Assembly: GCA_028534125.1 (NCBI GenBank)
Contig: CM052816.1
Span: 48,734,001 to 48,798,000 of the forward strand
Length of the DNA stretch: 64,000 bases
DNA from: Lama glama
Lineage: Eukaryota
Reading direction: 5' to 3'
Under the pieces are notes generated by a model. That model made no database searches, was not told the origin of the DNA, and saw nothing but the letters and a program-made list of their open reading frames with translations. This document shows, piece by piece, positions 26,835 through 39,471 of this stretch (the first letter of the stretch is position 1; every line of letters begins with the position of its first letter). A program made the translations under genes and the position numbers.

Positions 26835-27857
26835 GTCTATCCAGGGAATAGGAAAAAAAGCAAAAATAAATGAACAAATGGGGCCTAATTAAACTTATAA
26901 GCTTTTGTACAGCAAAGGAAACCATAAGCAAAACAAAAGTTTAATGTCCAGAATAGATAAACAGCTCATACAACTTAATAAGAAAAAAAAACCCAATCCA
27001 AAAATGGGCAGAAGACCGAAACAAGCAATTCGCCAATGATGACATATAAATGGCCCAAAGGCATGTGATAAAAATGCTCAATATCACTAATTATCAGAGA
27101 AATTTAAATCAAAAGTACAATGAGATATCACCTCACAACAGTCAGAATGGCCATCATTCAAAGTCCACAAATGATAAATGCTGGAGTGGCTCTGGAGAAA
27201 AGGGAACCCTCCTACACTGCTGGTGGGATTGTAGTTTGGTGCAGCCATTATGGAAAGCAGTATGAGATCCTTTAAGAAACTAAAAATAGACTTACTACAT
27301 GATCTAGTAATCCCACTCCAGGGCATATATCCAGGGGGGCACCTCTAATTTGAAAAGATACATCACCCCAACATTCATAGTGGCCACAATATACAATAGC
27401 CAAGACAGGGAAACAACCCAATGTCCATCAACAGATGACTGAATAAAGTAGTTGTGGTATATTTATACAATGGAATACTACTCAGCAATCAAAAATAATA
27501 AAATAATCCCATTTGCAGCAACATGATGGACCTGGTGATTATCATTCTAAGTGAAGTAAGACAGAAGGAGAGAGAAAAATATCATATTATACCACTCATA
27601 TGTGGAATCCAAAAAAGAAAAAAAAGAGGACACTAATGAACCTATCTACAAAACAGAAACAGACTTGCAGATATAGTAAATAATCTTACAGTTACCAGGG
27701 GAAAGTGGGTGGGAAGGGATAAATTTGGGAGTCTGAGATTTGCAAATGTTAAAAACCAGATTTCTTCTGTATAACACAGGGAACTATATTTGGTATCTTG
27801 TAGTAACCTTTAATGAAAAAGTATATGAAAATGAATATATGTATATGTATGTATGAC
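26835..27857 (+). mobile_element. Young lineage-specific L1 3' fragment (same family as 15901 and 54040), lacking its terminal bases and poly-A
   Basis: ORF 27050..27265 ends [33 protein letters not shown]. Colinear with the reverse complement of the 15901 and 54040 copies, with internal deletions. Stops at gtatgtatgac. Confidence 0.92.
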
Positions 27858-27931
27858 ATTTTTATAGGCTTGTAATTTTATGTATATATAGTGATTTTAT
27901 ATATATAAAGTGATTCAGTTTTCTCCAAACT

Positions 27932-28182
27932 GTGTAATAGTCTGCTAGGGCTGCCAATAAAAAATAATACAGACTGTGTACCTTGAAGACAGGAATTTAC
28001 TCACAGACTAGGGGCTGGAAGTCCATGTTCAAGGTGCTGGCAGGATTAGTTTCTCCTGAGGCCTCTCTCCTGGGCTTGTAGACATCCGCGTTCTAGCTGT
28101 CCTCACATGGCCTTTTCACTGTGAATGCTTATCCATGGTGTCTCTTTCTTTTCTTGTAAGGATATCAGCCCTATTATATTAG
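27932..28182 (-). mobile_element. MLT1B-like MaLR LTR (partial)
   Basis: gctagggctgcca...ggctggaagtccatgttcaaggtgctggcagg...tgaggcctctctcctgggcttgtagac...cctcacatggcc...taaggatatcag. Confidence 0.85.
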
Positions 28183-28554
28183 TTACCTACACTTTCTATC
28201 TAGGTATTATATGCATCTCTAGGCATAATGGTAAACATCATGAACTCATGCTAATCTCCTTAATAATTATTGTAACTAAGATGGTACATTTTAGGAAATG
28301 CATCAATTCTTCATTCATTAATTTAAAGCCAGTGCGTATTTATTCCATATTATAAAAAAATCATGCTTAGTAAATCTCTTTACCTTATTACTGGATTATG
28401 AGCTCCTCAATGAAAGCAAAGAAAAATGTCTAATGTTCTTGGTATGGTCAGTGGCTACTTCTACAATAGGCAGCCATCAGTTACTTAATAAACAATTGAT
28501 TCTTAAATATCATAAAATACTATTATATGATGCCAAGGTTAAAAATAACTTAGA

Positions 28555-28690
28555 AATTTATTGAGCACCTATTATGTTCTGGTCAGTGTTCAGAGACTTC
28601 TGTCATCCTCATAATAACTCTGAATAGTTATTACTTTGCCACTTAATACAAGACTGCATTTCAGAGAGAATAAATGACTTCCCCAAAAGA
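28555..28690 (-). mobile_element. MIR SINE relic
   Basis: atttattgagcacctattatg...atcctcataataactctga...tcagagagaataaatgacttcccc. Confidence 0.55.
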
Positions 28691-28872
28691 ACAAAATGAA
28701 AAATAATGACATTGGTAAAATTCCTCATCATTATTATTGCAAAGTAAAAAATATAAGAAAAGGGGCACCAAGTATGATTATAGTTGGTGGCAGCATAACC
28801 AGAGATGCATAAATGCTATTCTTTTTTCATTCTGCATGAAATAAAATTTGCCCTGCAACATTCACTGTAAAC

Positions 28873-29200
28873 TAGAAGTTGGCAAATGAGGGCGTGAGGA
28901 TCAGTGCCAGACTATCACTTATTGTTATATAGATCATGAGCTATAAATGGCTTTACATTTTTAAATGATTGAAAAAAACTTAAAAACGCAATATTTTATG
29001 TGACTTGGAAATAATACAAATTTTGCACGTGACCATGAACAACATTTTGTTTGAACACAGCCATGCCCATTCATTAAATGTGGTTTATATCTGATTTTGC
29101 AAAATAATAGCAGCATTGTGTAACTACCACAGACTGTGTGGCTCACAAACCATAAAATATTTACTATCTGGCCCTTAACAGAAAAAGTTTGCCAACTCTA
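28873..29200. mobile_element. MER58B-like hAT-Charlie element
   Basis: Terminal inverted repeats tagaagttggcaaa and tttgccaactcta. Internal gaacacagccatgcccattcatt and aaaatatttactatctggccctt. Confidence 0.85.
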
Positions 29201-30784
29201 CTCTGTACTATTCATTACTGTATGTGTATTTATATTTACCTGAATTTGTGCATGCATTTTTTAAAAAATGTGTATGACAGAGTTTTTCCCTTGCTATCAT
29301 AACTGATCTTTTGGTTTTCTTTTGTTCTCAAGAGGCCATTGCCACGGCTGATATCCCCAGTTTGTACTGAGGTATTGGAATCAATGGATTGGATACTTGT
29401 TCTTTTGGAAAAGAAAATATATGAGGGTATTGAAATGAGATTTCTGGCTTTACCCTGTCCACATCTTTCTAGCTTCATTCCAGTTGTAGTGATAAGAGCC
29501 AGCCTGATATTTAGAATTACAGTGGCACTTTATATCTGCAAAATGCATAACATTCTCATTCAGAAGTTAACCCTACAGCACAGTTTAAACATAATTAGGC
29601 CATTTTTGCAGCTGTTTTAACCACTGTTTTCTTAATAACAGGAGAAAAAATTCAAGTTTTTAAATTGCTCTCTTGTCAAAGAGATTACAGCTGTAAGATT
29701 TTTCCTATAACATTTGGAGATGTGTCTACAAAATATCAAAACAATCTAGAGAATCAGTAATTGAGGCAAACATTGGTAAACTTAAGTATTTGCTTTAATT
29801 GACAAGCTGTTTGATTCAATTCACTGGTTGATACTAAAAACACATAATAATATGACACAAAAACAAAAATGTGCTATGCAATTTATAGACATTTTTCAAA
29901 TTTTTATTTTTGTAGGAGACTAGGGTGCGTATTTAGTCAGAAATTAAGTACACAGTAGCAAAATATGGAATAAAACTTAATCTTTTGGAAGTAAGAGTTG
30001 TTTTGAAATTTTCTGTCATTTAATTCTTGATAATATTAAAGTAAAGTATTTTTACCTTTTAGATAGATGTTATTACAGAAAGAAAGGATTATTTATATAT
30101 ATTTTATAAAGGACTTGTAACATATGCAAACCCCGTTTACTTGTGCAATGGATCAATTCTTTAATATGTGGCTAAATTATATTTAAGAAAGATCACCAAT
30201 GTATTTCTAGAGAAGAAAGATAATATTCTAATTCCAAAAGAGACTTTTAAATGATATTTATCTCTTTATAAGATAAATTATTATTATTTGAAAGGAGTAA
30301 TAACATTTTAAGAAATTATTTTGTTGAGACAGCTTAAATGTTCATTTATTATTTATGTAATATGTTCTTTTAAGACTGTTTTGAATTTTGCATAAGATAG
30401 ATATAAGAATAAAATATCAAGAAAGATGTAGTCACTTTCAAATATCAAATTATTTATAGAGTAATAAAATGAAAGATTTTCTAAATATAAATATGAATAT
30501 GACTATTGTCAATATCAACAAATGATATTTGAATTTTGGCTTAGAGTTCACATATAATGACTATGCTAGACTGCATTTCAGAATTAGTATTTTTCTATTG
30601 AAATAGGAAGCATGTGAAAAAAATATCTATACAATTCTAAAATTGATACATACCCATAAAATATTTTCATACATACGATTCCAAAATCTGTGTAGTCAAT
30701 AATCCTCTGTAGTATCTAAACTGATCTTCTCTTCATGATTCTTATTTAAATAGGGAAGGCTTTTGAGGTGTATAAATAATGGTT

Positions 30785-31045
30785 GTAGCAAATATAAATG
30801 TATACTGGGCCTAGAAAGCCATCCCAGGAGCAACAAGCATTCATAGTGTCTGGATTTTGGTTTCTATTACCATTCCCCAATAAAAGGAACCAGAGCTCCT
30901 TGAAGAAGTAGCTGATTCCAGGACTCAGGTAGAAAATATAGAAGAGGAGCCTGAAGTACCTTGTAATGCCAGAGAGAGTAAGGAAGTGCTATAAAACTAA
31001 GAAAACAAAACAGATCACGGTGATGGGGTTATCTGAAAGGGACAC
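30785..31045 (+). mobile_element. L1MC3/L1MD-like 3'UTR fragment
   Basis: ttttggtttctattaccattccccaataaaaggaaccagagctccttgaagaagtagctgattccaggact...gagcctgaagtaccttgtaatgccagag. Confidence 0.75.
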
Positions 31046-32272
31046 ACCATATGAAATTAATTCAAATCAGATTAAAGACCTAAAAGCAAGACTTGATTAC
31101 ATAACCACTAGAAGCAAGCATAGGAAAAAAATTTCAGGATATTGGATTTGGTAATGATTCATTGGATATGACACCAAAAGCACAGGACACAAAAGAAAAA
31201 AATAGACAATTGGGAATACATCAAACTAAAAATTTCTGTGTATCAGAAAAGAAAAACAACAGTCGACAGAGTGAAAACACAGTCTACAGAATGAGAAAGA
31301 AAATTTGCAAATTATACATCTGATAAGGAGTTAATATCTAGAAAATATAAGGAATTCATATAACTCAACAACAAAGGAACAAACAACCCAATTTTTATAA
31401 TGGGCAAAGGACTTAAATAAACAATTCTCCAAGGAATGTGTACTGTATTCTTTGGCCAGCAAGCATATAAAAAGATGTTCAGTATCATTAATCGTAACAG
31501 GAATGCAAACCAAAACCACAGTGAGATATCACATTATATCTACTAGAATGGCCACTGTCAAAGAACAGAAAAATAGTAAGTACTGAGTATGTGTAGAAAT
31601 CAAAACAGTTTTACACTGTGGGTTGGAAATTAAAATATTGAAGAAATTATTTAAATAATGGATAAGGAGTTTCCTCTAAAAATTAAAAATAGAACTACCA
31701 TATGTTCTAGCAATGCTACTTTTTGGTATATATGAAAAATAATTGAAATCAAGATTTCAAATTGATATCTGCACTTCCACATTCATTGCAGCATTATTCA
31801 AAATAGCCAAAATGTGGAAACAATCTAAATGTCCATTGATAGATAAATGAATAAAGAAAAGTGATCTATATATATACATATATGTGTATGTATATAATGA
31901 AATATTATGAAGCCTTAAAAAAGGAGATGCTATCCCATGCTACAATATGAAAGAACCTGCAGGGCATTATGCTGAATGAAATAAACCAGTCACAAAAGGA
32001 AAAATAATGTATGATTCTACTCACTTGAAATATCCATGATAGTTAAAATCGTACAAATGGAAAGTAAAAATGTGGTTTTCAAAGGCTGAGGGGAGGACAG
32101 GGAGAAAATTAGTGTTTAATGGATATAAAGATTTAGTTTTGTAAGATAAAAAATTCTGAAGATGTATTGCAAAACAATGTGAACATACTTCACACTACTG
32201 AATGTACACTTAAACATGTTTAACATGATAAATTTAATTTTATGTTTTTTTTACCACAGGAAAAATATTAAA
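31046..32272 (+). mobile_element. L1MB-like 3' end (ORF2 C-terminal region and 3'UTR)
   Basis: INSNQIKDL in ORF 30966..31154; aatgggcaaaggacttaaat; gcagcattattcaaaatagccaaaatgtggaaacaatctaaatgtcc; 3'UTR ending ttaccacaggaaaaata. Confidence 0.88.
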
Positions 32273-32289
32273 CATTTAATTCAAATCTG

Positions 32290-33635
32290 TTTTTTTTTCT
32301 TGTGAAGAGAATATTTAGGATTTACTCTTTTAGTAACTTTACAGCATATAGTCATTATGTTGTACATTATATCGCCAATACTTGCTTATTTTATAACTGG
32401 ATGTTTATATACTTATTGAACACCTTCACCCCATTCTTCTACCACCTCCATCCTCTGCTTCTGATACAAACAAATCTGATCTCTTTTTCTGAGGGTTTTT
32501 TTTTTAATAGATTCTATATATAAGTGAGATCATACAGTGTTTGTCTTTCTCTGTCTGGCTTATTGCCCTCAGGGTCCATCCATGTTGTCACAGATGGCAG
32601 GATTTCCTTCTTTTTATGGCTGAATATTATTCCGTTGTCCCAATAGTATTCCATTCCATACTCTTTCAATAGTGTATGTATATATACATATATATATAAT
32701 ATTCTTTATTCATTCATTTGTTGATGAACATGACTTAGGTTGTTCTATATCTTTGCTATTGTAAATAATGCTGTAGTCAGTGTGGGGATGCATATTTCTC
32801 TTCAACATAATAATTTTGTTTACTTCAGGTATGTATTCAGAAGTGGAATTCCTGAGTCATATAGTAGTTTCATTTTTAACTTTTAGTGGTACCTCCATAG
32901 TGTTTGCCATAGTGGCTGCATCAATTTACATTCCCATCAACGGTGAACAAGGTCCACTTTTCTACACATCCTCTTCAGTATTTGTGATCTCTTGTCTTTT
33001 TGATTCTAACAGGTGTGAGGTTATATCTTATTATGATTTTGATTTGTACTTCAATAATTACTAACAGTGCAGTGTTGGATATCTTTTCATGTACCTGTTA
33101 GGCATTGGAATATCTTATTTGAAAAAGTGTTTATCCAGGTTCTTTGGCCATTTTAAAAATTATATTATTTGGATTTTTTGTCATTGACTTGTATGAGTTC
33201 TTCATGTATTTTGGTTCTAACCCCTTATCTGATATGTGATTTGAAAATATTTTATCCCATTCTATAAATTGCCTTTTTATTTTATTGATTGTTTTTTTGT
33301 TGTTGTGCAGGAGCTTTTTAGTGATGTAGTTCCATTGCTTTATTTTATTTTTTTATTTTGTTGCTTATGCTTTAGGTGTCATATACAAAAATATATTGCT
33401 AAGACCCATGTCAAAGATATTTTTTCCCATATTTTCTTCTAGCAGTTTTACAGTTTCAGATCTTATATTTAAGTTTTAATCCATTTTGAGTTAACTTCTG
33501 TGAATGGTGTAAGAAAGGGTCTAGTTTCATTTTTTTTACATGTGAATATCCAATCTTTCCAGCACCATTTACTGAAGAAACTGAATTTTATTATTGAGCA
33601 TTCTTGGTTCCCTTCTCCAATATTAGCTGACCAAA
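32290..33635 (-). mobile_element. L1MA9-like 3' fragment, tail-to-tail with the preceding L1
   Basis: Antisense 3'UTR (taagtgagatcatacagtgtttgtctttctctgtctggcttatt) and ORF2 (gtggctgcatcaatttacattcccatcaac; ttccagcaccatttactgaaga). Confidence 0.9.
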
Positions 33636-33869
33636 CCTGTCTGTTTTATTGGGCTGAGTGAATTATTCCTTTTTAAGATAGGAAAGCAGTCACAGGGATG
33701 TTAAGTAACTTAAATAATGTAAGTATCATTCATGATACCCCTTATGAATTTAAATTGTATGGCAGATAAAAGTTGTATCTTTATCTGGGGAACTAAGATA
33801 AAGATAAAAGATTGCAAAAGCTATTTATGAAGAATAATTTGGAGACACATTGTCATTAACGAATTCCAT

Positions 33870-34128
33870 TCTTACCTCAAATGCTACCTCATTAGAAAGA
33901 CTGTCTTTAACATCCTCAGTAATGTAACCCTACCTGCTGTTTTATTTTCTTCCTAGTGCTTATAGTAGATTATTATTCTTTGTTTTTAGCTTATGTCTCC
34001 TCAGCAGAAAATATGTTCCTTATAAGTAGGGACCTTGTCTGGCTTATTTATCTATGTATCCTCAATATGTAAACTACAGTTTGTCATAAGGTGATAGTTC
34101 CATATATTTGTGGATTAAATGAATTAAT
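33870..34128 (+). mobile_element. L2 3' end
   Basis: ctcaaatgctacctcattagaaagac...gtagggaccttgtctggcttattta...atatttgtggattaaatgaat. Confidence 0.7.
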
Positions 34129-34312
34129 AATTAATTAATTATACTATTCTGCTTTCCTTTACATATTATTCAGGCTATAGATTGGTCTAAATCATCCCTC
34201 GGAGAATGCTGCCCGTTTCAGTTTTGAACATTAATTCTATCCAGGAGAATGCAAATGGATGTGGAAAGAGGTACTCCAAGGGAGACCCTTAGGAGTGACC
34301 TCTGTATTTAGC

Positions 34313-34527
34313 TGTGGGGCAGATACTGGAGTTGCTAACAAATATTCATTTTCTTCTCCTTTCACAAGAAATCTCAGTTGTATTTAGGGTAGACCTGTGT
34401 TGGGCTAGACATTTTATTTTCTAGCCTTGCTTGAAGCAAGATGTGGCTATGTCACTATTTTCTGCTTAATGAGATAGAATGAAAAATATCTTTGGGCATT
34501 CCAAGGAGGCTCCTTAAGGAAATCTGA
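34313..34527 (+). mobile_element. MLT1I/J-like LTR 5' portion
   Basis: ttttctagccttgcttgaagcaagatgtggctatgtcactattttctgcttaatgagatag. Confidence 0.6.
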
Positions 34528-34670
34528 GTAGCTTCTTAATGTTTAAGCTTAGAGAAATCATTTGAACCTTTTCTTCATTTCTAATGTAAACACTTAAAGC
34601 TACAAATTTCCCTCTAAACATTGCTTTTGCAACATCCCAACAAATTTTGATGTTTTCATTTTTATTATTC
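34528..34670 (-). mobile_element. Short old L1 ORF2 fragment
   Basis: aagctacaaatttccctctaaacattgcttttgcaacatccca is homologous to 11672-11720 of the larger L1. Confidence 0.7.
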
Positions 34671-35340
34671 ACCTGCATTTTCAATGTTGTCTTTAAATAG
34701 TCAATTTCATTCAGTTTAACTCACTCTATCAGTTAGTGCCTGCCCATAATGAAAGATACTAATCAAATGTGAATCAAATATGTAAATACTGTTTTAGTGA
34801 AACACAATTTTGACCTAAGTTACATTCAAACAGAGTGCCATGAAAACTTCAGGCATTTTTCCTTGTCAGGAGCATGCTAAGTATGCTAACTGATATTTTT
34901 GTCAGTAATGAATTATGCAAAGTTAACATAAATTTTCTAAAATTTCTAAAGATAGAATTAAATTGCAATTTAAGAACACACAAGGAAAGATTAAGGGATT
35001 AGAAATCTCTCTTTGCTGGGTACAATGACTCTGTGAGAAGATTATTAAGTCAATGTATGAGTTGGTGCCCTGTCAGTGTTTTATGTCAGTAAAATCATTT
35101 TGCCTGAAGCAGTCTTCTAGAAAAAAGATTTTAAAGAAACTTCATCTGTTCAGTTGCGTTAAAGAGGAATTTTGTAGTTTAGCTAAATGATTAGCAGAAA
35201 GCCAGGTTTTAAAAGTTTTTGCAAACCTTATGAAATAGTTTTTTTATTGCATCTTATATTTACTATAGCTTACATAAAATAATTTTAGAGTATTTCCAAA
35301 ATGGATGTGTAAGCATGTTAAAATATAATCTCATTTTGGA

Positions 35341-35346
<6 letters not shown>

Positions 35347-35396
<50 letters not shown>
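35347..35396. repeat. (AC)~20 followed by (AT)n microsatellite
   Basis: Directly visible uninterrupted AC run. Confidence 0.95.
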
Positions 35397-37019
35397 GTTA
35401 ATAGATACTTTTTAAAATACTTAAGATGCTTTTAATGGGAGTTTCTTATTTATGAGCAGGAGCCTAAGATGACTAAATCCCCATCTAATTAATAGAAAAT
35501 AAATTAATAAATTCTAAAATTGAGCCATCCAGTAATGAGATTAATGCATGCAATTTAGTGTAGATACCAGAAAAATGCCTAAAAACAGTATGAGCAATTG
35601 CCTCTATGGAAAAAAATTGGGGAGTAGGTCAGGGGACTTTTTTATTCTCTTTTTCAGTTTTATCAGGGGACTTTTTTCAAGTTATAATTTTTAAAAATAT
35701 ACTTTAGATGTCTTTTGAAAAAAATTCATGCTTTATCTTGATAAAATTAAAAAAGGAGTGTTTAAATGTTTTCATCTTATCAACAGCAGGGTTTTATCAA
35801 AAAGAATTTGACATACTTGTACAACTAAAAATTTATCAGACTTAAAATAGCAATTACACAAATGACCATGTATTAAAATAATGAATGTTTAATCATTTTA
35901 TAGAATTGACTTTTTAATTATTTTAAAAGATCACATTTTGAAAGAGAAAATAATTGTTAGAAAAGGCATGTCTTTGGTGATATTCAATTTCTTCATGCCA
36001 TTGTTCAGACTATGTCAGATGTATGAGCAATAGTACAAATTGTTGAATTTTACAATGTCATATATCACTAAAAGCGTTAACCCTTCTCCCAAGATTCCTT
36101 GGGGAAACATTGGTCAATGCAAAGAGAATCACATCAGCACAGAGGAGATCCAGGACATTAGAACAAAGAGAAAAACATATTTAGCAAGAGCAAACTATCC
36201 AAAAATTCAACTTTGGAAAAACCAAGATTATCATTGGGAGATAAAAATAAAATTACCCTCTCTCCATTAGAACATACACACATGTTGTGTCACCTCACAT
36301 GGTATAATTATATACTAGTTTATATGCATACACACTCTGATTAGAAGATTAAATTCAAAATTGTTTACATTTTGAAAATATATTTTGTTTCTAAGTTATC
36401 ATAATATAGTAATAAAGATACACAATCATATTACATATGTATGTGCCAATATAAACTTCCATCATTTTTATTTGTAAAGCAATGCATTATACAGCTTTAT
36501 TTGCTAGGTATTTCATGTGTCTAAATACAGTTTTAGATTAATCAGACTTTTCATACCTTAAAATAACAGATATTCTTCATACCTGAATATAAAGCACTAG
36601 AACTACATTTTACAGTTTATATTCTAGCTAATATAAAGATATAAAGACGTAAATGCTCAAGATAAAAGTCAGCAATAATGTAGGTATACACTGATTGTTT
36701 AAAATTTAAGTATATATTTTAACTAACTTTGCAGTTTGAAATTTTCCATATGCCCAGTTATTCAAATACACATGAACATTTAACTTCATTTTAACATAAT
36801 AATACCAACACTACGTAACATTTAGATCACCACATAAAATTTAAGTTTTCAGTTGTTTCCCCTTTCTACAGGATATAATTACAAGTGTGTATATAAAATA
36901 CTGTAAATACCCTAAAATCACTTGAAATAATTAGTCTAAAATTGGACATGTCACCAAGTTGATACAAAATTAGTTGTTTTTTGTTTTGGTTTGTTTTTTA
37001 TTTTTAGCTATTTTTAAAT

Positions 37020-38570
37020 TTAATTTCTTTTTGAATATATCTTTTGAAACTATATTTTAAAATTTAAACATACAATAAGACATATTCAGACAACATTCTC
37101 TTTCATCTCTGTTGTATCTTCCTATTCTCTATTAATCCCAGCTTTCCTTGCCCCACTGTCAGTATTTCCTGCCACGAGTGCAAGCAAATGTGCATATATA
37201 TATACACACATTTGTATGTATGCAGGTATATAAATATTTTGTACAAAAAGTGAAATTATATGAAAATGTTAGAATACTACAACTCTTTCTTCTTTACCCT
37301 ACTTTTTATTAATTTCAAAGTAAATCCAGAAAATTATTTCATAACAGAATATAAAGAATTTATCATTCTACATCATTTTATGACACAATTCTACGCAGTA
37401 GATGTCCTACATAGTTTATTCAGTCAGGCCTATATTAATGAACATTGAGCTGGTTTTATTCTTTTGCTATTCCTATAAGTACTATAATGAATAATCTTGG
37501 TCATAAACTATTTCAAATCTTGCCAGTGTATTTTCTGATTCTTAGTAGTAAGATTGTGAAAGGAAAAATGCATTAATATGCAGCTTTTCTAGATATTTTG
37601 AATTTCCCTTATAGGCATTGTTTAATTTAACATACCCACAAGCAGTATAACAGAGAGCTTGATCCCTCATTACTCCCCAATTGTATGGTGATATTTCTGA
37701 TGATTAATTTTGTGTCAACTGGCTACAGATTGCCCGATTAAACATTATTTAGTGGTGTATCTGTGAAGATGTTTCTGGATGAGATTAGCATTTGAGTTGG
37801 TGGACTCAGTACAGTATATTCCCGTCTCCAATGTGGGTATTTATCCTCTAATCCATTGAGGACTTAAATAGAGCAAAAGACAGAGGAAGGAGGAATTTGT
37901 TCCCTTTTGCTTCCTGTCTGCCTGCTTGACTTGGAACCTCTCATTTCATTTTCTCTAGCCCTCTAACTGGGGTTTTAAACCATTAGCTCCCCTGATTCTG
38001 AGGTCTTCAGAATTGGACTAAATTATACCTGGCTTTACTCTCTCCTCTGTATTTCCTTTTTTAATATCAAGTTCTTTAAGTATTTTATTTATCATTGAAG
38101 AAAAAACACAGCAGCAAACCTGTGTTGGTTTCAAAAAGACCTGGCTACAGGTTGTAGGACTTTTCAGTGTCCATAATCAATGAGCCAATGCCTCATAATA
38201 AAATATCCATATAAATATAAATATATAAGATCTACTGGTTTTTTTCTCTGGAAGACCTTGACTAAAATAATGTTTTGAACTCTTGGATTTTTGTCAGTAT
38301 GAAAGGCTGCATGTTAGTCCAGTATGATTCACTTTACATGTTTAAGCACCATTTCCATTTCTTCATTAATAACATATAATTTTGTTTTGTTCATTGTATA
38401 ATTATGACCATTATTCTAGCCGGTTATTGCATTTATTTCTTCCCATTTTTTAAAGAAGTTCTTTATATGCTAAGAAGTTTAGTCCTTAGTCTGTGATTCA
38501 CAACTTTTAAAATGGAGTCAAGTTTATCAATCCCCCTTCCTCCTCTTAAAATTTCTTCTAGAATTTTATT
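37020..38570 (-). mobile_element. Old L1ME-like 3' region interrupted by an MLT2 LTR
   Basis: cctatattaatgaacattgagctggttttattcttttgctatt...tttaacatacccacaagcagtat; resumes after 38270 (ttttgtcagtatgaaagg...aagaagttctttatatg). Confidence 0.6.
37697..38270 (+). mobile_element. MLT2D-like ERV-L solo LTR containing a ~104-bp foreign segment
   Basis: tgatgattaattttgtgtcaactgg...gtttctggatgagattagcatttgag...ccaatgtgggt...aaaagacagaggaaggaggaatttg...ccataatcaatgagccaat...tctctggaagaccttgactaa. Confidence 0.85.
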
Positions 38571-39471
38571 TGAGAAACTAAAGAAGTGTATCTTTATTTT
38601 TTATAAAAAATTTTTTATTAAAAAATAAAGAGGATAGGGTAATGCATTACTGATTTGAACTTTATCAAGTGTGAACAGAATAATTTGGGAGAACACAGAG
38701 GAGGGAGAATTATTTTCTTAGTAAGTTGAAAAAATGGATGACTGAATGAGTAAAATAATTCAATTAAGGATTACCTCGGAGAGAGAAAACATCCTTTTAA
38801 AACATCAATGAAAAGAACAATTCTGTATATTTAGAGCCTACTGAAATTAAATAAGCCCTAAAACAAATGCAGTCTAGCACATATATTTATTTGTGTTCTG
38901 TTTTTTACTATATCACACTTAGCTACTTATTATGAAGCTTTCACAGAAATAAGTATAATACGTGTTTATTTGACTCTGGTGAATCAAACATTTCTAATTT
39001 CTATTCTAAATTGAAAAGTTGCCTAAATGTTCCTTGAAAGAAGACCTTTGGGTGGATAACATAGCAAACTGAGAAAAACTGACAGATTTATGTTCTTGAC
39101 ACTTAATCAGGGAAGGGCAAGATGAAGAATCCATTTAGAATCATGTATGCTTCAAGATAAACATTTATCACTAAAGAAGAATGGCAGGAATTAGTTAAGT
39201 GAGAATCTAAAGAATGTGATTCTGAAAATTCTTATATAGTGAGGTAGATATTGCCACACAGGTGAAACCCAGAACAACTTCTCCCTATGAGATGAGTCTT
39301 TATTCTCCACTGATTGATGGAATTGTATGAAGTTCCTTAGTCCTGATGGAGTCACACAGGTAGTTATGGATGAACATGAAACTCAGTGATGACTTGCAGT
39401 TTGTTCCATTAAATTAGATATGAGTGCAAACAAAATAGAGACATTAGGTAAAGTTGCATTCAGCAGAGGCA

